Positions 17,229 through 25,120 of a stretch of 32,000 nt of DNA are shown piece by piece. Numbering within the stretch: position 1 is the stretch's first letter; every line of letters starts with the position of its first letter. This stretch comes from Erysipelotrichaceae bacterium MTC7 (GTDB lineage Bacteria > Bacillota_I > Bacilli_A > Erysipelotrichales > Erysipelotrichaceae): assembly GCA_001695645.1 (NCBI GenBank), contig LVZN01000012.1, positions 120,001 to 152,000 of the forward strand, in the 5' to 3' direction. Under the pieces are notes generated by a model that worked only from the letters and a program-made list of their open reading frames with translations, made no database searches and was not told where the DNA came from. Position numbers and translations under genes: made by a program.

Positions 17229-19022
17229 TTACTCGGATGTTTGAATGATTCCTACTTTATGTAATAGAAATTTAGCATTTGTGCTTTTTGATATGCCAGT
17301 TCGTAACTTGTAGTCAAAATACATTTCATCATTCTTATAGGTTTCATTAAAACTATAATTTACAATTCGTGGGTATGTATCTTCATAGGTACATACATCT
17401 AAATCATGAGTTGTCATAAAACCAATCACTTTGTCTTGATTTAATTGTTTTAATACAGCTTTTGCGCCATACAATCGGTCAACGCTGTTGGTTCCACGAA
17501 ATATTTCATCAATAAAGAAACAAGTATATGGATCTACATGACCCAAATCAATGATCTTTTTAATTCGTTGAAGCTCTGCATAAAATGTTGAAATACCTGC
17601 ATGTAAATCATCGGCGATACGCATCGAACTTATGATATTGACAAGTGGACATGTCATCTTGTTAGCAACAACGAAACTACCAGCTTTAGCCAAGACCATA
17701 TTAATACCTACAGTTCTAAGAAACGTTGTTTTACCTGACATGTTGGAACCAGAAATAATCATGATTTCATCATGTAAGTCAAAGTCGTTACAAACGCGTG
17801 ATGCATTTGTAAGTAAAGGATGACCGATTTGTATTGCTTGAATGACTTGCGTGTGTTTTGTTAGCGTAGGTAGACAAGTTTTACTTACGTTACGTTTAAG
17901 ATTTGCAAAACTTAAATAGGTTTCATATTCACCAATATAAGAAAAACAATTGTCAATATGTTGACTATATTGTTTTTTCCATAAATCTAGATCATTTGCA
18001 TTTTTCATATCCCACAACCAGAATAAATTCAGAATAAAGTTTGCTAGGGCGTTTTGACTTTGATTTACGTTGCTGGCAATCGCAGCAAGTTTACGTACAG
18101 CTTGTTTGGATCTAACAAGTTCTTGTTGGATTTCAAGTAGACGTGATGCTTGGTAAGGCATGTTGATGATTTCTTGAATCATAGGAACATATGCTTGTAG
18201 AGAACTACTTACTTCTTTTACAAGATTCGTGTAGGATGTCGCTTTTTTATGATTTGCTAGCCAGATGAATAGCTGTAATGTAAGTAGTAATGCACAAAGC
18301 AAGACGATATAGTTGATGTGCGTAAAAGCAGCAATAAAACAAATGATAATGGTACAAATCCGTAAGACAAGTAAGGCTTTATAACTAGATACATGTTTAA
18401 AGTAGGATGTTTCTTCTTTCATGTCCTGTAATAGTGTTTCAAACAATACATCATGTTCAACGTTGGAACAAGCATATTCGATATTTGCATTTTCTACATA
18501 TGCATTGCTTATTTCCTGAATGGCTTGTTGTCGTATTTCGATTTCCGGGATTGTGTATGTAGGGTTAAGTAAGTCGCTTGCCAATTGTTTGCGGCCAAAG
18601 TACGTGTGCGTACTATTGATCATTTGATATAAACTGGTCTTTCCGACAATGTCTAAATCAGTGGCATACGCATGTTCATATGAAACATATTCAGAACCTG
18701 TATCCGTAAATGTATTCCATGAACCATCCAAACGCTGTAGATTCATGTTGTGAATGTTTACTAGGCCTTGGTTGGTTTTTTCTTTTAGTTTGTAACGTTC
18801 TTGATGTTTACTAGCAATAAGAAAGATCAGTAGAAATACAAGGGCAATAGCGGTAGTAATTGCTAATTTGAAATCTTTGCTGTAGGCGATAAAGTAGGTG
18901 AGTGGAATCGCAAAAAAACTTAAGACTTTGATGGTACCCAAGAGAATGATTGGAACGTTGCACGCAGCGATGTTTTTTTGACAAATTTCAATTTGTTTTT
19001 CATATAGTTGTTTCATGGTCAT
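17229..19022 (-). CDS. MutS-family ATPase (domains III-V only) with four predicted transmembrane helices; function unknown
   Basis: MutS domain V motifs are Walker A GSNMSGKT (aa 425-432), GISTFYAEL, Walker B FFIDEIFRGTNS and MTTHD. A domain III-like stretch is DLDIVGKTSLYQMINSTHTYFGRKQL. Hydrophobic helices lie at about aa 23-47, 53-70, 215-236 and 238-256. There is no mismatch-binding N-domain and no Smr/KOW tail. An alternative start is the second ATG at 19016. Confidence 0.8.
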   Translation of the reverse strand: MTMKQLYEKQIEICQKNIAACNVPIILLGTIKVLSFFAIPLTYFIAYSKDFKLAITTAIALVFLLIFLIASKHQERYKLKEKTNQGLVNIHNMNLQRLDGSWNTFTDTGSEYVSYEHAYATDLDIVGKTSLYQMINSTHTYFGRKQLASDLLNPTYTIPEIEIRQQAIQEISNAYVENANIEYACSNVEHDVLFETLLQDMKEETSYFKHVSSYKALLVLRICTIIICFIAAFTHINYIVLLCALLLTLQLFIWLANHKKATSYTNLVKEVSSSLQAYVPMIQEIINMPYQASRLLEIQQELVRSKQAVRKLAAIASNVNQSQNALANFILNLFWLWDMKNANDLDLWKKQYSQHIDNCFSYIGEYETYLSFANLKRNVSKTCLPTLTKHTQVIQAIQIGHPLLTNASRVCNDFDLHDEIMIISGSNMSGKTTFLRTVGINMVLAKAGSFVVANKMTCPLVNIISSMRIADDLHAGISTFYAELQRIKKIIDLGHVDPYTCFFIDEIFRGTNSVDRLYGAKAVLKQLNQDKVIGFMTTHDLDVCTYEDTYPRIVNYSFNETYKNDEMYFDYKLRTGISKSTNAKFLLHKVGIIQTSE

Positions 19023-19023
19023 T

Positions 19024-19032
19024 ATTATACCA
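19024..19032 (-). promoter_or_regulatory. Extended -10 promoter of the MutS-family gene, leaderless geometry
   Basis: The minus strand reads TGgTATAAT. ATG 19022 follows after 1 nt and ATG 19016 after 7 nt. There is no SD. Confidence 0.5.
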
Positions 19033-19037
19033 TGTAT

Positions 19038-19066
19038 AAAAAAAGCATGTACATCTTCCTACATGC
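19038..19066 (-). terminator. Rho-independent terminator after rqcH
   Basis: The minus strand reads GCATGTA, loop ggaagatg, TACATGC, then TTTTTTT. It starts right after the rqcH stop. Confidence 0.8.
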
Positions 19067-20719
19067 TTATACTTCATATGTGGTTAAAATCTCTTCAATT
19101 GCTTCTTTCTCTGGATCAATATAGATTGTTTTATAGTTGGTTAAGGTAACAAATCCCATCGCTGCTTTATTTGGTCGTTTTAACTGTCTTACCAAACAAT
19201 AGTTAACGGGAACACTACTCGACTGTTTTGCTTGTGAATAGTAGGCTGCTAACATTGCTGCTGTACGTAAGACATGTTCACTTAACTCATTTCCACTAAC
19301 AACAACATGACTACCATGCATGTCTTTTACGTGGAACCAAGTATCATCACGTCTTGCTTGTTCAAAGGTGATGTAGTCGTTTTGAATGTTATTTTTCCCA
19401 ACGTAAATATAGGTTCCATCAATTTGCAAAGTTAAGAAGTTTGGTTTTGCATTCTTCTTTTTCTTGCGAATTTTATAATGCATCTGTTTGGTGAATCCAA
19501 GGTTTGCCAGTTCTTCTTTAATCTCAAGGGCATCTTGTACACGAATGTCTTGCAGTTGGACTTGCAGGTTTTCAAAGTAACGAATCATCGTTTCTGTCTT
19601 TTCCATTTGCTTAGCAACTTCAACTAAAGCAGTTTTGCTCTTTGTATATTTTTGATAGTATTTTTTAGCATTTTGCTTAATCGAAATCTTTGCATCTAAC
19701 GGAATTGTGATGAGCGTATCGTCTTCGAATGAAGGAAGTTCAATACTTTTTACATGTTCATCGTAGTGTTCTGGATAAGCATATAGTAAATCACCATACA
19801 TACGGAATGTATCAAGTTCCTCAGCTGCCTTGATGGTTTTTTCCAATTTATCTAGTTTTCTTACATTCTTTTTTAGTTCTTGTTTTACCAAGCGTTCAAT
19901 ATCACCAGATTGTTGTTTGATACGAACCTTTTCTTCTTTTTGGTAATACATTTCATCCATTGCGTCCATAAGTGGATATACGTGGAAAGGTGCATCAAGA
20001 TGTTTTAGTTCTAGTAAATGATAGAACGTATCTTTTCCTTTTTCGTGAACGTAAAGATTTTCTGCATTTGCGATTTCTTTCATAATATCAACAAAATTTT
20101 CACCAAGATTTGTTCGGTACAGGACTTCATCACTTAATAAAGGTGAGAATCCATGAAACTGTTTAACTAGAGAAGAATCACGTTGGAAACTAGTTGCCAC
20201 AAATGGATCAAGTTTTCCTTCATGTGGTTTTACAGGGGTATACATTGCTCCAGGATGAATGGTACGCGAATTGTTTTCAAATGCAGGAATGCGTTTTAAT
20301 GCATCAATGATCTTGTTTTCTTCATTGACCAAAATCATATTCGCATATTTTCCCATTAATTCAACATAGAGCTTGTAATCCTTGTAATCGCCAAGTTCAT
20401 CTTTGACTTCAATGGTAAAGCAAATAACACGATCCAATCCAGCTTGTTCAATGCTTTTTACGATGCTTCGATCAATGTATTTACGCAAAACCATCACAAA
20501 GTTATTTGGACTTTCCATGGTTTGATACTCACGGTTTGTAAGATGTATACGATTGTAAACGCTGTGACAAGAAATCATTAGTTTGTGGTTGGTGCGTTCA
20601 CTACGTAGATTTATCAGAATTTCATCATTTGAAATCTGTTGTATTTTATTTACCTTTGCTGGTGCCAACACTTGCAATTTTTCGGTAATCCTATGTAAAA
20701 CCAATCCATCTAATGCCAT
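19067..20719 (-). CDS. rqcH: Ribosome quality control factor RqcH (NFACT/FbpA family, YloA homologue)
   Basis: The NFACT-N start is MALDGLVLHRI. The DR motif is GLDRV (D96 R97) and the EIM-equivalent is VELMGKYANMILV (E120 L121 M122), as in B. subtilis RqcH D97/R98 and E121-M123. A coiled-coil middle follows. The DUF814/NFACT-R region is WFHVKDMHGSHVVV. SD GGAGGA is present. Confidence 0.9.
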   Translation of the reverse strand: MALDGLVLHRITEKLQVLAPAKVNKIQQISNDEILINLRSERTNHKLMISCHSVYNRIHLTNREYQTMESPNNFVMVLRKYIDRSIVKSIEQAGLDRVICFTIEVKDELGDYKDYKLYVELMGKYANMILVNEENKIIDALKRIPAFENNSRTIHPGAMYTPVKPHEGKLDPFVATSFQRDSSLVKQFHGFSPLLSDEVLYRTNLGENFVDIMKEIANAENLYVHEKGKDTFYHLLELKHLDAPFHVYPLMDAMDEMYYQKEEKVRIKQQSGDIERLVKQELKKNVRKLDKLEKTIKAAEELDTFRMYGDLLYAYPEHYDEHVKSIELPSFEDDTLITIPLDAKISIKQNAKKYYQKYTKSKTALVEVAKQMEKTETMIRYFENLQVQLQDIRVQDALEIKEELANLGFTKQMHYKIRKKKKNAKPNFLTLQIDGTYIYVGKNNIQNDYITFEQARRDDTWFHVKDMHGSHVVVSGNELSEHVLRTAAMLAAYYSQAKQSSSVPVNYCLVRQLKRPNKAAMGFVTLTNYKTIYIDPEKEAIEEILTTYEV

Positions 20720-20845
20720 ATCACAAATCCTCCATGTATCTTTTTATCACGTAATAATTCTTCGCTTATATTCTTTAAACATAGGAAAAGCATCTACCTT
20801 GACCTACAACTTTTCTCATTATAGCATAATCTCTATAAGTTCCTA

Positions 20846-20873
20846 TTCACAAAGAAAATAAAAATGCTATAAT
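20846..20873 (+). promoter_or_regulatory. Extended -10 promoter of gmk
   Basis: TTCACA (20846..20851), 16 nt including TGc, then TATAAT (20868..20873). The ORF-track ATG 20872 lies inside the -10, which supports start 20899. Confidence 0.55.
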
Positions 20874-20898
20874 GATAACAATATTGCGGGAGAAATAT

Positions 20899-21468
20899 AT
20901 GAAAAAAGGTTTGTTGATTATACTGAGTGGTCCTAGCGGTGTCGGAAAAGGTACCGTGAGAAAGCATTTTATGCAAGATCCAGAACTTAATTTAGCGTAT
21001 TCATTGTCAATGACAACAAGAAAGCCACGAGCTGGTGAACAAGATGGTGTTGACTATCTTTTTGTTGAGAAAGAAGACTTCGAAAAAGCAATCGAAGATG
21101 GGGAATTGCTAGAATGGGCAGAGTTTGTTGGTAACTATTATGGTACACCAATGTCACAAGTAGAAAAACTTCGTAACGAAGGAAAGAATGTATTGCTTGA
21201 AATTGAGGTGCAAGGAGCAAAACAGGTAGCAAGTAAAGTGCCTGATGCAATTAGCATCTTTATGATTCCACCAACAATGGAGGAGTTAGCAAAACGTATT
21301 CGTGGACGAAAAAGCGAAGCTGAAGAAGTCGTTCAAGAACGTTTAGCAAAAGCAGAGAAAGAAATGGAACTAATTAAGGACTACAAATATGTTGTTTGTA
21401 ACGATGATCCTGAATTAGCAGCACAGTATATTGGATTGATTGTGAAACGTCACATGAATGAGAACTAA
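20899..21468 (+). CDS. gmk: Guanylate kinase
   Basis: MKKGLLIILSGPSGVGKGTV carries the P-loop, with TTRKPRAGEQDGVDYLFV and EWAEFVGNYYGT further on. SD GGGAGA lies 7 nt upstream. Confidence 0.95.
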   Translation: MKKGLLIILSGPSGVGKGTVRKHFMQDPELNLAYSLSMTTRKPRAGEQDGVDYLFVEKEDFEKAIEDGELLEWAEFVGNYYGTPMSQVEKLRNEGKNVLLEIEVQGAKQVASKVPDAISIFMIPPTMEELAKRIRGRKSEAEEVVQERLAKAEKEMELIKDYKYVVCNDDPELAAQYIGLIVKRHMNEN

Positions 21469-21496
21469 ACTTTATTCTCAGGTTATAACAAATGTG

Positions 21497-21525
21497 TTGT
21501 AAATTAAACACTAAATTTGTATAAT
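21497..21525 (+). promoter_or_regulatory. Sigma-A type promoter of yneF
   Basis: TTGTAA (21497..21502), 17 nt, TATAAT (21520..21525). Confidence 0.55.
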
Positions 21526-21550
21526 AGTATAGTATGTAGGAGGCAAAACT

Positions 21551-21766
21551 ATGAACTTTTGGTATTCAATTGGAAGTTTAATCGCAGGTTTACTTATTGG
21601 AGGTTTTTTAGGTTTTTATTTAACTAAAAGAAAATTCGAAAAAGAATTGAAAGAAAACCCACCTATTAATGAGAAAATGATCCGTGCCATGTTCCTTCAA
21701 ATGGGAAGAAAACCATCTGAAGCACAAATTAAACAGATTATGAAATCTGTAAATGCGAATCGTTAG
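21551..21766 (+). CDS. yneF: UPF0154 family small membrane protein (YneF-like)
   Basis: A single N-terminal TM helix is followed by ENPPINEKMIRAMFLQMGRKPSEAQIKQIM, the conserved YneF/UPF0154 core. SD AGGAGG is present. Confidence 0.85.
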   Translation: MNFWYSIGSLIAGLLIGGFLGFYLTKRKFEKELKENPPINEKMIRAMFLQMGRKPSEAQIKQIMKSVNANR

Positions 21767-21794
21767 GATTAACATTACACTTCATATAAAAAAC

Positions 21795-21828
21795 GAGGAA
21801 TCCGTTAACGTGATTCCTCTTTCTTTTG
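21795..21828 (+). terminator. Rho-independent terminator (or attenuator) after yneF, ending 5 nt before the next start codon
   Basis: GAGGAATC (21795..21802), loop cgttaacgt, GATTCCTC (21812..21819), then TTTCTTTTG. Confidence 0.7.
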
Positions 21829-21832
21829 TTTC

Positions 21833-22621
21833 ATGAAAAAATTGAAGCAAATTGGCACGTACATACTTCTTACTGCACTAGTTATAGTCAGCCTTGTTAC
21901 TGTGAAAACAGTCGTATTACATTACACATGTTTAGATGGAATTGCGGTTCTAGGTTATCACGACATCGTGAGTGATACAGATAAAAAGACCATTTATAAA
22001 CACAACCCATACAAAATGAGTGTTAGTGAATTTGAAAAACAAATGCGTTATTTAGCAGAACACCAATACAAAACACTACGTATGGATGAACTTTATAATT
22101 ACTTACAAGACACAAACAAACCTTTACCGAAAAAAGCAGTTGTTATTACCTTTGATGATGGATTTGAAAATGTGTTGACATATGCTTATCCAATCTTGCA
22201 ACGTTATCATTTTCATGCGACTAGTTTTGTAATTGGTAAAAAAGTTGAAACGAACGCTAAAGGATATTTGCAACAAGCACAATTGACTGATGATCAAGTT
22301 ATGCAATATGCTTCACATTCATATGATTTGCATCACAAAGCCAGTGGTTTTGATCGTAAGAAAATCGATACGCTATCACTTGAACAAGTGCGTGAGGATT
22401 TTACTGCAAATACACCGTATGTAAAACAAGACTATTTTGCTTTTCCATATGGACGAAGCATTCACGGTATGGAAGAATTACTGGCTAACGAAGATGTAAA
22501 ACTTGCATTCGGCTACAACCAAAATCGTAAAGTGACAAGAAATGATAATATGTATTTGTTGCCACGTTTTCTTGTTGCAGCACAAATGCCATTTGTTTAT
22601 TTTACTTGGATTGTATCCTAA
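21833..22621 (+). CDS. Membrane-anchored polysaccharide deacetylase (NodB homology domain)
   Basis: The N-terminal TM helix is IGTYILLTALVIVSLVTV. The NodB motif is VVITFDDGFENV, followed by YASHSYDLHH. There is no SD before ATG 21833. Confidence 0.78.
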   Translation: MKKLKQIGTYILLTALVIVSLVTVKTVVLHYTCLDGIAVLGYHDIVSDTDKKTIYKHNPYKMSVSEFEKQMRYLAEHQYKTLRMDELYNYLQDTNKPLPKKAVVITFDDGFENVLTYAYPILQRYHFHATSFVIGKKVETNAKGYLQQAQLTDDQVMQYASHSYDLHHKASGFDRKKIDTLSLEQVREDFTANTPYVKQDYFAFPYGRSIHGMEELLANEDVKLAFGYNQNRKVTRNDNMYLLPRFLVAAQMPFVYFTWIVS

Positions 22622-22629
22622 CGTATAAT
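22601..22629 (+). promoter_or_regulatory. Putative internal promoter with leaderless geometry for the transglycosylase gene
   Basis: TTTACT (22601..22606), 17 nt, TATAAT (22624..22629). Six nt (aagtat, no SD) follow, then ATG 22636. Confidence 0.4.
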
Positions 22630-22635
22630 AAGTAT

Positions 22636-23337
22636 ATGTTTAAATTTATAAGACGACTGTTACTTGCAATTTTTTTAATTATCGTACTTGTTGTTGGGGC
22701 AATAGCCTTAATGGGATATGTTGATTATAAAGATAAAGTTGAAACAGTTACTGTAGAAGAAAAAGTAAATGCTTTACGTAGTGGAGCTACTTACGTCAAG
22801 TTGGATGACATTGCTTTGGATATGCAACATGCAGTCGTGGCAATTGAAGACCATCGTTTTTTTGATCATAGTGGAATTGATTATTATGCACTTGTTCGCA
22901 GTGTTGTCGTAAACATTAGTGGCCAAGGCAATCAAGGGGGAAGCACGTTAAGTCAACAATTGGCAAAAAACTTTTACTTCATGGAAGATAAAGGACGTTT
23001 GCGTAAAGTGAGTGAAGCCTATGTGGCAAAATATTTAGAAGAAACGTACAGTAAAAAAGAAATATTAGAGATGTATGTAAACATCGTATACTATGGGGAT
23101 AATCATTACGGAATCTATGAAGCAAGCATGGGTTACTTTGATGTCTTACCAGAGAATTTAACGCTAGCACAAGCAAGTGTACTTGCTGGATTGCCACAAG
23201 CACCAAGTGTTTATGCGCTTAGCAATCAAAATCCGCAAACGATAGAACGTCAACGGATGGTGCTAAAAGCGATGTTGGATTACAATTTTATCGATGGACA
23301 GCAATACGAAGCCGTTTTAGCAACGATTTCTTCGTAA
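22636..23337 (+). CDS. Monofunctional peptidoglycan glycosyltransferase (GT51)
   Basis: GT51 motifs are AIEDHRFFDHSGID, GGSTLSQQLAKN and RKVSEAYVA. The N-terminal TM helix is LLLAIFLIIVLVVGAIAL. There is no transpeptidase domain (233 aa). The alternative ORF-track start 22606 overlaps the previous gene. Confidence 0.85.
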   Translation: MFKFIRRLLLAIFLIIVLVVGAIALMGYVDYKDKVETVTVEEKVNALRSGATYVKLDDIALDMQHAVVAIEDHRFFDHSGIDYYALVRSVVVNISGQGNQGGSTLSQQLAKNFYFMEDKGRLRKVSEAYVAKYLEETYSKKEILEMYVNIVYYGDNHYGIYEASMGYFDVLPENLTLAQASVLAGLPQAPSVYALSNQNPQTIERQRMVLKAMLDYNFIDGQQYEAVLATISS

Positions 23338-23362
23338 AAACTGTTATGTATATAGGGGGATT

Positions 23363-25120
23363 ATGAAAATATTTATGAAACTCTCTTGGTTTATGAAACA
23401 AGAGAAAGCGAGTTATATATGGGGAATTTTATCGCTTGCAACCATTGCAATTTTGAATTTGATTCCACCAATGATTACAGCTACACTTATTGACCAAATG
23501 ACCAATCAAACGTTACGTGTACAAACACTATTGTTGTTGGTTGGTGGTCTTCTAGTTAATGCTGTAATCATTTTTGCTATGCGCTTTGTTTGGCGTATAT
23601 GTATTTTTGGAGCTTCGTTTCGTCTGGAACGGTTGCTTCGTTTACGTTTGTTTGAGCATTTTGCAAAGATGTCAGCAAGCTTCTTTAAAGAAAATCGGGT
23701 CGGTGACTTGATGGCACATGCAACTAATGATTTAAAAAGTGTGCAACGTGTTGCAGGACTAGGCGTTCTACAAGGTGCAGATGCACTTATTTCTGGGGTG
23801 TCGACGTTACTAGCGATGATCTTTTTTGTCGATTTAAAACTCACATTGATTACCTTGATTCCAATGCCATTTATGATTATTGGAGCACAAATTTTAAGTA
23901 AGAAACTACATACGACATTTCATAAAGCACAGGACGCATTTTCAAATTTGAATAACCGTACACTGGAAAGTATTAACGGTATTAAAGTAACGAAAACCTT
24001 CGGACAAGAAAAAGAAGAAGTTGCTTCGTTCGAAGATGAAACACAAGATGTTTATAAGAAAAACATGGCTTATGTACCATGGGATGCAGGTTTTGATCCA
24101 CTGATTGAAATCATCGTTGTAATTTCATATATCTTGCTTTTTATATTTGGGGCAAGAATGATTGAAGCAAATCAAGTAAGTGTTGGACAGTTGACGGCGA
24201 TGGTCAGTTATATGAACTTACTAATATGGCCAATGCTTGCCTTAGGTTTTTTATACAACAATGTTGAACGTGGAAATGTAAGTTATGATCGAATTCAAGC
24301 TTTGTTTGATGTAAAACCTGAAGTACGTAACGTCAAACATGCCATTCAAGAAAAACCACATGGAGATTTGGTGTTTGATGTTACTGATTTTCGTTATGAA
24401 GATAGCAATCAACCTGTTTTACATGATGTACACTTTGAAGTAAAACCTAAAGAAACCCTTGGAATAGTTGGTAAAACCGGAGCAGGTAAAACAACGATTA
24501 TTAAATTACTGTTACGTGAAAGCGACAGTTTCAAAGGGTCCATTCATTTTGGAATGCATGAAACCTATCGTTATGACTTAGGATTGTACCACCAAGCGTT
24601 TGGTTACGTGCCACAAGATCAATTTTTATTTTCGATGAGTATTGCAGATAATATTCGTTTTGGTAATATCGATGCAACGATGGAACAAGTAAAAGCAGCT
24701 GCAAAATTGGCAAGTGTACACGATGATATTGAAGGATTTGCACAAGGTTATGAAACCATGGTAGGGGAACGTGGTGTTTCTTTATCGGGTGGACAAAAAC
24801 AAAGAATCGCAATTGCGCGAGCTTTATTATTGGATCCAGAAGTATTGATTTTGGATGATTCCTTAAGTGCAGTTGATGCAAAAACAGAAGAACAGATTTT
24901 AGCATCACTTAAGCAAGTTCGACACAATAAAACAACAATTATTGTTGCCCATCGGTTTAGTGCAATCAAACATGCTGACCAAATCATTGTCATGGACAAA
25001 GGTGAGATTGTCGAGCGTGGTAAACATGAACAGTTGGCCATTCGTGGTGGCTGGTATGCTGAAATTTACAAATTACAAGAAACATATCAAGGGGGGACTT
25101 CACATGAATCAAAAGAATGA
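23363..25120 (+). CDS. ABC exporter permease/ATPase, subunit with degenerate catalytic site (LmrC/TM287-like)
   Basis: An N-terminal 6-TM exporter domain is followed by an NBD. Walker A is GKTGAGKTT and the signature LSGGQKQR is canonical. Walker B is LILDD, with Asp499 where the catalytic Glu is expected. SD AGGGGGA is present. Confidence 0.9.
   Translation: MKIFMKLSWFMKQEKASYIWGILSLATIAILNLIPPMITATLIDQMTNQTLRVQTLLLLVGGLLVNAVIIFAMRFVWRICIFGASFRLERLLRLRLFEHFAKMSASFFKENRVGDLMAHATNDLKSVQRVAGLGVLQGADALISGVSTLLAMIFFVDLKLTLITLIPMPFMIIGAQILSKKLHTTFHKAQDAFSNLNNRTLESINGIKVTKTFGQEKEEVASFEDETQDVYKKNMAYVPWDAGFDPLIEIIVVISYILLFIFGARMIEANQVSVGQLTAMVSYMNLLIWPMLALGFLYNNVERGNVSYDRIQALFDVKPEVRNVKHAIQEKPHGDLVFDVTDFRYEDSNQPVLHDVHFEVKPKETLGIVGKTGAGKTTIIKLLLRESDSFKGSIHFGMHETYRYDLGLYHQAFGYVPQDQFLFSMSIADNIRFGNIDATMEQVKAAAKLASVHDDIEGFAQGYETMVGERGVSLSGGQKQRIAIARALLLDPEVLILDDSLSAVDAKTEEQILASLKQVRHNKTTIIVAHRFSAIKHADQIIVMDKGEIVERGKHEQLAIRGGWYAEIYKLQETYQGGTSHESKE

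Noticed and set aside
20583-20861. A 92-aa plus-strand ORF spans the rqcH 5' end and the rqcH-gmk intergenic region.
   Set aside because: It is mostly antisense to the conserved RqcH N-terminus and has no SD. The region is better explained by divergent promoters.
23506-25041. Antisense ORFs of 97-125 aa lie inside the first ABC exporter gene.
   Set aside because: The peptides are low-complexity, have no translation signals, and lie wholly inside a well-supported CDS.
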